Shown here piece after piece: positions 10,019-19,023 of a DNA stretch of 64,000 bases. The position numbers were made by a program, and so were the translations under genes. The stretch covers positions 2,633-66,632 of the forward strand of contig JAEUVK010000083.1 of the NCBI GenBank assembly GCA_016787135.1, given 5' to 3'. Source of the stretch: Chitinophagaceae bacterium (GTDB taxonomy: Bacteria > Bacteroidota > Bacteroidia > Chitinophagales > Chitinophagaceae). A model generated the notes under the pieces. That model did not search any database, had not been told where the DNA came from, and was given only the letters and a program-made list of their open reading frames with translations. Within the stretch, counting starts at the first letter, position 1. Each line of letters begins with the position of its first letter.

Positions 10019-12145
10019 TTGATTTTTTTGGAAAAAAGAAAGTTGCATATCGCATTAGTGGGCAATCCCAACAGTGGAAAAACTTCGCTTTTTAACCGGC
10101 TTACCGGGCTGAACCAAAAAGTGGGGAATTTCCCGGGAGTTACGGTTGATAAAAAAACCGGGGCAATGTCCCTTTCTGCAGACACCCCGGCTGAAGTAAT
10201 TGACCTCCCGGGCACTTACAGTCTCTATCCCAGAAAAATGGATGAGTGGGTCAGCTATAAAGTGTTGCTGCACCAGGATGAAGATGTAAAGGCGGATGTA
10301 ATCGTCGCTGTGGCTGATGCCAGCAACCTGAAAAGGAACCTGCTTTTCTGTACCCAGTTGATAGACCTGAAAGTTCCGGTGGTGATCGCCCTGACGATGA
10401 TGGATCTTGCTGCTAAAAAGGGGATCAAAATAGACATTGGTGCTTTGGAAAGAGAGTTAGGTGTTCCAGTTATCGCAGTAAACCCACGGAAACAAAAAGG
10501 TATCCCCCAGCTAAAAAAAGCTATTGAACAAACATCACAACAACTTTACCAGGTACCGATACGGGATTTTATTGATAACAAGGCTCTGGCACAAAATGCA
10601 GTGGTTGATGTAAAAAAGCGGTTCCCCGAATTAAGTGATTATGCTGCGGTGCATTACCTGATCAACCATGAATCGTTCAGATTAAGTGATACCGACCAGG
10701 AGATGGTGGAGAATATTGAAATAAAAAACAATTTTAATCCGACTAAAACCCAGGCAGAAGAGATACTACAGCGATATACCCGGATCAGACAGATCATGCA
10801 AACAGCGGTATCTGAACCTGATCCACTGCAGAAGTCTTTATTCACCGAAAAACTGGATAATATACTGCTTCATCGCAAATGGGGTTACCTGATCTTACTG
10901 GGAGTTCTTTTTTTATTATTTCAAAGTGTTTTCTGGTTAGCCTCCTTTCCTATGGACTGGATAGACGCCGGATTTACCTCTTTATCTCAATCCCTCTCTT
11001 CATCTTTGTCTGACAACCTGTGGTCCGATCTTTTAACGAACGGAATAATTGCCGGACTTGGTGGCATTGTCATTTTCGTTCCGCAGATCATGATCTTGTT
11101 TGGCCTGATCACTTTACTGGAAGACAGCGGCTATATGGCCCGTATCAGTTTTTTGACAGACCGGTTAATGCGCAGTGTAGGATTAAATGGAAAAAGCGTG
11201 ATGCCCATGATCAGTGGTTTTGCCTGTGCGGTACCCGCCATCATGAGCGCAAGAAATATTGAGAACCGGAAAGAAAGGGTACTTACTATTCTCATCACAC
11301 CGTTGATGAGTTGTTCGGCAAGGCTCCCTGTTTATACAATACTGATCAGTATTGTCATTCCCAAAACCTATCTTCTGGGTTTTCTGAGTGTACAGGGTCT
11401 CGTGATGATGGGGCTCTATTTACTCGGTTTGGTGCTGGCGCTGATCGTTTCTTATGTCGCTAAGTGGTTCATTAAAATAAACGAAAAGAGTTTTTTCATT
11501 CTTGAACTACCTAGCTACCGGTCACCAAGATGGAGCAACACTGTACAAACAATGGTGGAAAAGGCGAAGATATTTGTACGTGATGCGGGAAAGATTATCA
11601 TGATCATCAGTCTTATTCTCTGGGCACTAAGCTCTTTCGGTCCCGGGAAAAGAATCGGAATGATTACAGAGAAGCACAAAGAACAATTAGAACGACCGGG
11701 AGCAGACACAATGCTACTGGCTAAACAATATGCCGCTGACAAACTCGAAAATTCATATGCCGGCATCATGGGTAAAAGTCTGGAACCGGTTATTGCGCCT
11801 TTGGGCTATGATTGGAAGATCGGCATTGCCCTCATTACTTCATTTGCCGCAAGAGAAGTATTTGTCGGGACTATGGCTACTTTGTACAGCGTCGGTGATG
11901 AAGAGAATGAATTAAGATTAAAAGAGAAAATGAAAGCGGCAGTAAGACCTGACGGGACTCCTGTTTTTTCCCTTGCAACAGGTGTTTCATTAATGATCTT
12001 TTATGTCTTTGCTATGCAATGTATGAGCACCCTTGCTATCGTAAAAAGAGAAACCCGTAGCTGGAAATGGCCGGTGATACAATTTGTGTATATGACGCTG
12101 CTCGCCTATATCATGAGTTTTATTGCCTACGAATTATTGAAATGA
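10019..12145 (+). CDS. feoB: Ferrous iron transporter FeoB
   Basis: 708 aa. The N-terminal G domain (GNPNSGKTSLFN, DLPG) is followed by a polytopic membrane domain. The predicted start codon is TTG. Confidence 0.93.
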   Translation: MIFLEKRKLHIALVGNPNSGKTSLFNRLTGLNQKVGNFPGVTVDKKTGAMSLSADTPAEVIDLPGTYSLYPRKMDEWVSYKVLLHQDEDVKADVIVAVADASNLKRNLLFCTQLIDLKVPVVIALTMMDLAAKKGIKIDIGALERELGVPVIAVNPRKQKGIPQLKKAIEQTSQQLYQVPIRDFIDNKALAQNAVVDVKKRFPELSDYAAVHYLINHESFRLSDTDQEMVENIEIKNNFNPTKTQAEEILQRYTRIRQIMQTAVSEPDPLQKSLFTEKLDNILLHRKWGYLILLGVLFLLFQSVFWLASFPMDWIDAGFTSLSQSLSSSLSDNLWSDLLTNGIIAGLGGIVIFVPQIMILFGLITLLEDSGYMARISFLTDRLMRSVGLNGKSVMPMISGFACAVPAIMSARNIENRKERVLTILITPLMSCSARLPVYTILISIVIPKTYLLGFLSVQGLVMMGLYLLGLVLALIVSYVAKWFIKINEKSFFILELPSYRSPRWSNTVQTMVEKAKIFVRDAGKIIMIISLILWALSSFGPGKRIGMITEKHKEQLERPGADTMLLAKQYAADKLENSYAGIMGKSLEPVIAPLGYDWKIGIALITSFAAREVFVGTMATLYSVGDEENELRLKEKMKAAVRPDGTPVFSLATGVSLMIFYVFAMQCMSTLAIVKRETRSWKWPVIQFVYMTLLAYIMSFIAYELLK

Positions 12146-12150
12146 CCCAT

Positions 12151-13056
12151 TCAGTGGGTGGGTGGTTTTACCCACTTATCTTTTGGTTCAAAGTAATGCC
12201 AGAGCATGGAGGAAACCTTACGGGTTAATGTCCAGGCTTCATTGTTATGAGACCAGCTTGTGTCCTTATTGTTCTTGGTAAAAATGCAGAAGATATATGG
12301 ATTGTGAGGAGCGTTGACCAATAAGGCCTCGCTTCGTACAGCATTTACACAACCATTCTTGCTGAATACTTCTATATAAGGGGGTATTTCAGAAATGGCT
12401 TCATCCACATCCCAGTAATTCCGGCCAAGACAGCGCATCATTCTTTCGCAGGCTGCCGGAGAAAAGACCTTCCCCAGGTAAATCATTTCAAATATTCTTC
12501 CCATTTCATTGGGCGTGGTTTGGCCCCAGCCATATATTGTCCGGTTGTTTTCTCTGCCTGATGTTCTCGAGTTGACCCTTGTTCTTTTAAACCCAAGACT
12601 ATCTAATATTTCATTGATCCTTGTTCCTGTTCCGGCAAGGCTTTGCAACCAAAGGCTGGCCGTATTATCACTCGTTGTCAGCATCAGCATCAATACTTTT
12701 TTCAGTAATACCTTTTCCCCGCTTTTGAATGACCCGAGTAAATCAGCACCTGCATATAATAAAGAATCCTTGTACTCCAATAGTTGTTCATATTGCAATT
12801 CCCCTTTTTCAATCTTGTCCATTACACCCAGTAAGATCGGCACTTTAACTATACTTGCTGTTGGAAAAACAGTATCGGCATTAATGACGGCAGACTTACC
12901 TGTTTTCAGGTTTTTTACATAAATACCAATGTCCCCATTGAAACCGGCTATGTTTTCCTGTAATTTTTTATAAAGCTTTTTATCCGTATTTTGACAAATA
13001 GCGGCAATAAAAGGGAAAAGAGATAGAAGCAGGCAAGAACATTGTCTCATATTCAT
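12151..13056 (-). CDS. Class A beta-lactamase-related serine hydrolase
   Basis: 301 aa. There is a signal peptide. The motifs are S-x-x-K (ASIVK), SDN (TSDNTAS) and a KTG-like KNG. Confidence 0.75.
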   Translation of the reverse strand: MNMRQCSCLLLSLFPFIAAICQNTDKKLYKKLQENIAGFNGDIGIYVKNLKTGKSAVINADTVFPTASIVKVPILLGVMDKIEKGELQYEQLLEYKDSLLYAGADLLGSFKSGEKVLLKKVLMLMLTTSDNTASLWLQSLAGTGTRINEILDSLGFKRTRVNSRTSGRENNRTIYGWGQTTPNEMGRIFEMIYLGKVFSPAACERMMRCLGRNYWDVDEAISEIPPYIEVFSKNGCVNAVRSEALLVNAPHNPYIFCIFTKNNKDTSWSHNNEAWTLTRKVSSMLWHYFEPKDKWVKPPTH

Positions 13057-14360
13057 TATTTCATGTTCATGTAATCAATTACCAGAAGGCAGAAGGCTTT
13101 GATGCCCGTTTTCATTCCTGCGTCATCCACGAAAAATTCTGCCGTATGGTGGGGCGGCGCTTTTTTAGGGTCATTTCCTTTGGGCATACCGCCGAGATAG
13201 AAAAAGAATGAAGGGGCTTTGGTTCCGTAATAGGAAAAATCTTCGGCCCCTGTTACCCACTCTCTTTCTGTCACGTTATTTGCACCGGCTGCCGATTGTA
13301 AGGAAGGAATCATTTTTTTTACCAGTTCAGGAGTGTTGTAAGTTACCAGTGTTTTGGTATCGATGTTAACCGTTGCCGTAGCTCCGCCGGCTTCTGCGAT
13401 CGTAGTTGCGGTGTGTTTTATTCTCGCATGAACGTCCTGTTGCATTTTACTGTCCAGCGTTCTTATGGTTCCGTCCAGTATACATTCATCGGGAATGATA
13501 TTATTTCTTACACCGCTATGTATTTTCCCAACCGTAATAACAACCGGTGCTTTGGTCAATTCAGACTGGCGGCTTACAATCATTTGCAACCCTTCAATGA
13601 TCTGTGCAGAAATTGCAATAGGATCAATCCCTAGCCAGGGTTGTGACCCATGACTGCCTTTCCCTTTTACCACAATGTGAAACCAATCGGAAGCGGCCAT
13701 AAAAGAACCCGGCTTGTATTGTATTTGTCCTACTTCAATATTCGATTCGATATGTAGCCCGAAGATTACATTTACTTTAGGGTTGTCCATTACAGCTTCT
13801 GCCACCATCAGTTCTGCGCCACCTTGTTCTCCTTCCGGGGGCCCTTCTTCAGCCGGTTGAAAAATGAATTTGACGGTTCCTTTTAATTCCTCTTTAATAC
13901 CGGAAAGAACCTCCGCCACACTCATAAGCATCGCCACATGAGTATCATGTCCACAAGCATGCATTACGCCAACATCCTGTCCATTATAAACCGACCTTTC
14001 TTTTGACGCAAAAGAAACATTCACCTTCTCTACTATGGGCAATGCATCCATATCTGCTCGTAAACCAATACAAGGGCCGGGTTTACCGCCCTGTAAAGTG
14101 GCTACAACTCCTGTTTTGGCGACGCCTTCTTTTACTTCGAGGCCAAGTCTTTTTAGATGCTCTGCAATTAGTTTTGCAGTAGCGAATTCCCTGTTTCCGA
14201 GTTCCGGATATTGATGAATTTGTTTTCGCCAGGCCACACATTTTGACTCAACCCTATTGATGGCAATAGTGATTTTTTCCTTCAGCTTTACTATATCTTT
14301 CTGGGCAGATAAATGAATAGTAAAAAGGAATGTGGAAAGAATAATGGTAAAGATCCTCAT
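13056..14360 (-). CDS. M20 family amidohydrolase (N-acyl-amino-acid amidohydrolase-like)
   Basis: In the ORF track 13056..14417, the Met at 14360 gives the signal peptide MRIFTIILSTFLF. The sequences MHACGHDTH, FQPAEEG and SHGSQP are typical of M20D enzymes. The stop overlaps the downstream start (TAATG). Confidence 0.85.
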   Translation of the reverse strand: MRIFTIILSTFLFTIHLSAQKDIVKLKEKITIAINRVESKCVAWRKQIHQYPELGNREFATAKLIAEHLKRLGLEVKEGVAKTGVVATLQGGKPGPCIGLRADMDALPIVEKVNVSFASKERSVYNGQDVGVMHACGHDTHVAMLMSVAEVLSGIKEELKGTVKFIFQPAEEGPPEGEQGGAELMVAEAVMDNPKVNVIFGLHIESNIEVGQIQYKPGSFMAASDWFHIVVKGKGSHGSQPWLGIDPIAISAQIIEGLQMIVSRQSELTKAPVVITVGKIHSGVRNNIIPDECILDGTIRTLDSKMQQDVHARIKHTATTIAEAGGATATVNIDTKTLVTYNTPELVKKMIPSLQSAAGANNVTEREWVTGAEDFSYYGTKAPSFFFYLGGMPKGNDPKKAPPHHTAEFFVDDAGMKTGIKAFCLLVIDYMNMK

Positions 14361-14486
14361 GAAGTAAATTTTCACTGAATTTACCATAAAAGATGATCGT
14401 GTCGTTATTGTTATCAAAATGAATAATTAGATTGGGGGAAACCTGCCCGGAGGTGATACGTGATTTGTTTTATATTTAGTGCCTGT

Positions 14487-15725
14487 ATGCTGCTTCGCCA
14501 CTTCTCATTTTTAAAAGCCGTTCTTCTGCATAGCGTCACTGCGTTTGGTGGGCCACAAGCCCACATTGCTATGATGATGAAAACTTTTGTCCGGCAGCAT
14601 CCTTATATAACGGAAGACGAACTAATGGAATACAATGCATTTTGCCAGTTACTTCCCGGGGCATCCTCTACTCAAACGCTTACATTGATCGGTTACAAAC
14701 GGGGAGGCGTTCCCCTGGCTGTGCTGACACTTACTGTCTGGATATTACCTGCCTGCGTTTTAATGGGGGCCCTTTCTTTTTTATTGCATTATATAGACAA
14801 AAAGGCTCTCGATACTGATATTTTTAAATTTATTGCCCCTATGGCTGCGGGATTTCTGTTATATGCATGCTTTATTGCATTCCCTCATGCTATAAAAAAC
14901 GCCATTACATGGGTAATTGTGATCATCAGTTCTGCCGTGACCTACTTTTTTTTTAAAATGCCTGTTATTTTCCCGGCATTGATCATCCTTGCGGGAGCGG
15001 CTACCAATATCAGCCGGAAGCGTATTCCCCAGCTTGAACAGAAACCCAGAAAAGTACGCTGGTGGAATTTTTGGCTCTTCGGAATCATTTTCATTGCCGC
15101 GGGTGTAATAAGCGAAACAGCAAAAAATGAAAATTGGCCTGACCGAAAACCTATCAATCTTTTTGAAAATACCTATCGTATGGGCAGTCTTGTTTTTGGA
15201 GGAGGACAGGTGTTGATGCCTATGATGTATGAGCAATTCAGCGTACGGCCGGAGGCTATTAAGAAGAAGGATCAAAACGTTGTACAAATCGACGAACAAG
15301 ATATGTACACGGGTATGGGAATCGTTCGTGCGGTTCCAGGACCCGTTTTCTCAATTGCGTCCTTTACCGGAGGTATGGCATTAAAGGATATGGGAACCGA
15401 AATGCAGGTAATTGGGTGTATCATTGGCTCTGTAGGAATTTTTCTTCCCAGTGCCCTATTAGTCCTCTTCTTTTACCCGATCTGGAACAACCTAAAAAAA
15501 TATGCGGCCGTTTACCGTTCATTAGAAGGTATAAATGCTGTGGTAGTAGGTATAATGATTGGTTCTACATTCTATATCATGAAGGATATCTCCTTGATAG
15601 AGCCAAAAACAATTAGTCTATTAAACGTAAGCGTAATACTGGGAACAACCTTGTTATTATTTTATACCCGGATACCCTCTCCTATAATTGTAGCTGCTTG
15701 TTTATTGCTGGGATATATTTCCTGA
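14487..15725 (+). CDS. chrA: Chromate transporter ChrA (two-domain CHR family)
   Basis: In the ORF track 14460..15725, the ATG lies at 14487. [11 protein letters not shown] in the N-terminal half and [11 protein letters not shown] in the second half show the duplicated CHR signature. Confidence 0.88.
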   Translation: MLLRHFSFLKAVLLHSVTAFGGPQAHIAMMMKTFVRQHPYITEDELMEYNAFCQLLPGASSTQTLTLIGYKRGGVPLAVLTLTVWILPACVLMGALSFLLHYIDKKALDTDIFKFIAPMAAGFLLYACFIAFPHAIKNAITWVIVIISSAVTYFFFKMPVIFPALIILAGAATNISRKRIPQLEQKPRKVRWWNFWLFGIIFIAAGVISETAKNENWPDRKPINLFENTYRMGSLVFGGGQVLMPMMYEQFSVRPEAIKKKDQNVVQIDEQDMYTGMGIVRAVPGPVFSIASFTGGMALKDMGTEMQVIGCIIGSVGIFLPSALLVLFFYPIWNNLKKYAAVYRSLEGINAVVVGIMIGSTFYIMKDISLIEPKTISLLNVSVILGTTLLLFYTRIPSPIIVAACLLLGYIS

Positions 15726-15728
15726 CAC

Positions 15729-16301
15729 TTATTTTTTGTAATAACCACCATGCTCAATTTCTTCCCTTACTTTTTCAGGCACAAGATAACGAATTGATTT
15801 ACCTTCTTTGATCAATTGGCGGATTTCGGTAGATGATATCTCAAGTAGCGGGGCATTTATGGTTTTTATCTTTGCGTTAATCTTGTTTTTTACCTCAAAT
15901 CCCGGTCGGATATATATATAGATCATGTAATTCTTTATGATCGTTTCATAATTTTTCCATTTATGAATATTTTGAAAACTATCACTGCCCATAATAACGC
16001 TGAATTGGTTTCCCGGGTATCTTTCTTCCAGATGAACCAATGTAACAGAAGTATAAGAGGGTTTGGGAAGACCGAACTCAATGTCCATCACCTTGATTCG
16101 GTTATCCCCCTCGGTTGCAAGATTTAGTAGGTATAGACGATCATACTCATTTAATAAGGCAGTACTTTCTTTAAATGGGTTGTGAGGAGAAACCACAAAC
16201 CATATTTTCTGAAGCTCCGTATTGTTTAATAAATGGTTTGCGATAATGAGATGTCCGGAGTGAACAGGATTGAAAGAGCCAAAATATAATCCTATATTCA
16301 T
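15729..16301 (-). CDS. nadD: Nicotinate-nucleotide adenylyltransferase
   Basis: 190 aa. The GSFNPVHSGH (HxGH) motif and the ISSTEIR motif are present. Confidence 0.92.
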   Translation of the reverse strand: MNIGLYFGSFNPVHSGHLIIANHLLNNTELQKIWFVVSPHNPFKESTALLNEYDRLYLLNLATEGDNRIKVMDIEFGLPKPSYTSVTLVHLEERYPGNQFSVIMGSDSFQNIHKWKNYETIIKNYMIYIYIRPGFEVKNKINAKIKTINAPLLEISSTEIRQLIKEGKSIRYLVPEKVREEIEHGGYYKK

Positions 16302-16316
16302 TTAATTAATTGATAA

Positions 16317-16547
16317 TCAATCTATTGTTGATACAATTATATGATCTGCCTCATTTAGTCGAAGGCTTAAAGTATAACCTGCTACACTTATGGAAACAGG
16401 ATCTCCTAGAGGTGCCTTTTGTTCTACAATAATGCTCTCTCCGGGAAGGCAGCCCATTTCCATCAGTTTAAGATGAATCTCCTGGTTATCAAAATCTTTG
16501 ATTATTGCCTTTTGCCCTGGCTTTAACTGTGAAAGTCTTTTGAACAT
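16317..16547 (-). CDS. feoA: FeoA family iron transport accessory protein
   Basis: 76 aa. The SH3-like FeoA pattern is present (LKLMEMGCLPGESIIV...SLRLNEADHI). Confidence 0.85.
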   Translation of the reverse strand: MFKRLSQLKPGQKAIIKDFDNQEIHLKLMEMGCLPGESIIVEQKAPLGDPVSISVAGYTLSLRLNEADHIIVSTID

Positions 16548-16582
16548 AATTAGTATTCAAAATTACGGACGAGTGTTACATA

Positions 16583-17044
16583 ATGTTTACGAATTTTGAA
16601 ATCATGACTTCAAAACCAAAAGTTTGTTTCTTTTTTGAGAAAAAGTTTTCAGGTCTGAATAATAGAACTAAACTGAAGACCTTCATTGAATATCTTTTCC
16701 AAAGGGAGGGGAGAACTCTATTGAATATAAATTATGTTTTTTGCTCTGATAAACGGCTGCTGGAGATAAACAGACAGTATTTGAATCATGATTACTATAC
16801 CGATATTATCACGTTTGATCTTTCAGAAAATGAATCTACAGAAGCTGAGGTTTACATAAGCATAGACCGGGTTAAGGAAAATGCTCACCAAGTCGGCGCA
16901 TCTATTTTGCAAGAACTACATAGAGTCATGTTTCATGGCGCACTTCATTTATGCGGGTATTCAGACAGAAGCATGAGTGAAAAATCAACAATGCGAGCCA
17001 AAGAAGACAAGTATTTAGCTAAGTATTTTTCTGGTTCCACGTGA
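16583..17044 (+). CDS. ybeY: rRNA maturation RNase YbeY
   Basis: 153 aa. The zinc motif HGALHLCGY is present. An alternative start lies at 16604. Confidence 0.9.
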   Translation: MFTNFEIMTSKPKVCFFFEKKFSGLNNRTKLKTFIEYLFQREGRTLLNINYVFCSDKRLLEINRQYLNHDYYTDIITFDLSENESTEAEVYISIDRVKENAHQVGASILQELHRVMFHGALHLCGYSDRSMSEKSTMRAKEDKYLAKYFSGST

Positions 17045-17155
17045 AATGAAAAATATTCGCGGCTTGGATCTATTGCTTTCACGTGGAACAAAAGCGATAA
17101 ACACACTACAAAGCTTTCTTACCAATATCATAAATGCCCATACCTTTGCTGACTG

Positions 17156-19018
17156 ATGTTCCCAGAATATGATATAATAGTAGTAGGTGCGGGGCATGCC
17201 GGTTGCGAAGCTGCAGCCGCTGCAGCCAATATGGGCTCCAAGGTGTTGCTGGTGACCATGAATATGCAAACAATCGCTCAAATGAGCTGTAATCCAGCAA
17301 TGGGAGGAATTGCAAAAGGGCAAATAGTCCGGGAAATTGACGCCTTGGGCGGATATTCTGGAATTGTAACGGATTTGTCTATGATTCAATTTCGTATGCT
17401 AAACCGTTCAAAAGGCCCAGCAATGTGGAGCCCAAGAGCACAAAACGATAGGATGCAATTTGCAGCTAAATGGAGGGAATTACTTGAAAAGACACCAAAT
17501 GTTGATTTTTACCAGGATACAGTAAAGGGGCTTTTAATAAAAAATGGAGTAGCAAAAGGCGTAGTAACGGGCTTAGGACATGAAATAAGTTCAAAGGCGG
17601 TCGTTTTAACCAATGGCACATTCTTAAACGGTGTTATCCATATTGGAGAAAAAAATTTTGGAGGAGGCCGGGCTGCAGAAAAAGCCGTTACAGGAATTAC
17701 AGAACAATTAGTATCTCTTGGCTTTGAAAGTGACAGGTTAAAAACAGGAACTCCACCAAGAATAGATGGTCGAAGCTTGGATTACAGCAAAATGGAAGAA
17801 CAACCGGGAGATAAAGAAATTACAGGATTTTCGTACACAAATACGCCTAAACCAAAAGAGCAAAAAAGCTGTTGGATCACATATACCAGCCAGAAGGTTC
17901 ACAACATCTTAAAAACCGGGTTTGACAGAAGCCCAATGTTTGCGGGTAGAATTGATGGTATTGGGCCCAGGTACTGCCCAAGTATTGAGGACAAAATTAA
18001 CCGGTTTGCTGAAAGGGAACGCCATCAGCTATTCATTGAGCCGGAGGGTTGGAATACGGTTGAAATATATGTCAATGGCTTTTCCACTTCCCTTCCAGAA
18101 GAAGTTCAATACGAGGCACTTCGTAATATAATTGGGTTTGAAAATGTCAGGGTCTTCAGACCTGGTTATGCTATTGAATATGACTATTTTCCCCCGACTC
18201 AGCTAAAATATTCCCTTGAAACAAAACCTATTGAAAATCTATTCTTTGCAGGTCAGATAAATGGAACAACCGGTTATGAAGAAGCGGCTTGCCAAGGGCT
18301 AATGGCTGGAATCAATGCCCATCGGAAAATCAAGGGGTTAGATTCTGTAGTATTAAAGAGGAACGAAGCTTATATAGGAGTGCTTATTGATGACCTCATC
18401 AGTAAGGGAACGGAAGAGCCTTACAGAATGTTTACCTCAAGAGCAGAGTTCAGAACATTATTACGACAGGATAATGCTGATCTACGATTAACAGAATTAA
18501 GCTATAGGATAGGACTTGCTTCCGGCGAAAGAATGGGCAAAGTTCTCGAAAAGAAAACCAATGTTGAAAAGATAAAGACTATTCTGAATGAGTCATCGGT
18601 TGAGCCCTCAGAAATCAATGTTTATTTAGAAAAGATCAACTCCTCACAGATATCAGAAAAACAAAAGACCGGAAAACTATTACTAAGACCCGATATAGAA
18701 TTAAATGACCTTGCTGAAGCGCTGCCCGAATTAAAGAAGCAATTGGCTTCCTTTTCCAAAGAAACCATTGAACAAGCCTCGATACAGATAAAGTATGAGG
18801 TCTATATTGAAAAAGAAAAAGACTTAGCCCTTCGAATGAGTCAACTAGAAGATCTCCTTATCCCCGAAACTTTTGATTATAAAAAAATTCAGTCGCTCGG
18901 TAATGAAGCAAGAGAAAAGCTTACCAGGATAAAACCAGGAACTCTTGGTCAGGCCAGCCGTATTTCAGGCATTAATCCGAGTGATGTTCAAATACTAATG
19001 GTATATATAGGCAGGTAA
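17156..19018 (+). CDS. mnmG: tRNA uridine 5-carboxymethylaminomethyl modification enzyme MnmG (GidA)
   Basis: 620 aa. The FAD motif VVGAGHAGCEAA, GPRYCPSIEDK and the C-terminal GQASRISGINPSD are present. Confidence 0.97.
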   Translation: MFPEYDIIVVGAGHAGCEAAAAAANMGSKVLLVTMNMQTIAQMSCNPAMGGIAKGQIVREIDALGGYSGIVTDLSMIQFRMLNRSKGPAMWSPRAQNDRMQFAAKWRELLEKTPNVDFYQDTVKGLLIKNGVAKGVVTGLGHEISSKAVVLTNGTFLNGVIHIGEKNFGGGRAAEKAVTGITEQLVSLGFESDRLKTGTPPRIDGRSLDYSKMEEQPGDKEITGFSYTNTPKPKEQKSCWITYTSQKVHNILKTGFDRSPMFAGRIDGIGPRYCPSIEDKINRFAERERHQLFIEPEGWNTVEIYVNGFSTSLPEEVQYEALRNIIGFENVRVFRPGYAIEYDYFPPTQLKYSLETKPIENLFFAGQINGTTGYEEAACQGLMAGINAHRKIKGLDSVVLKRNEAYIGVLIDDLISKGTEEPYRMFTSRAEFRTLLRQDNADLRLTELSYRIGLASGERMGKVLEKKTNVEKIKTILNESSVEPSEINVYLEKINSSQISEKQKTGKLLLRPDIELNDLAEALPELKKQLASFSKETIEQASIQIKYEVYIEKEKDLALRMSQLEDLLIPETFDYKKIQSLGNEAREKLTRIKPGTLGQASRISGINPSDVQILMVYIGR

Positions 19019-19023
19019 AGCTT

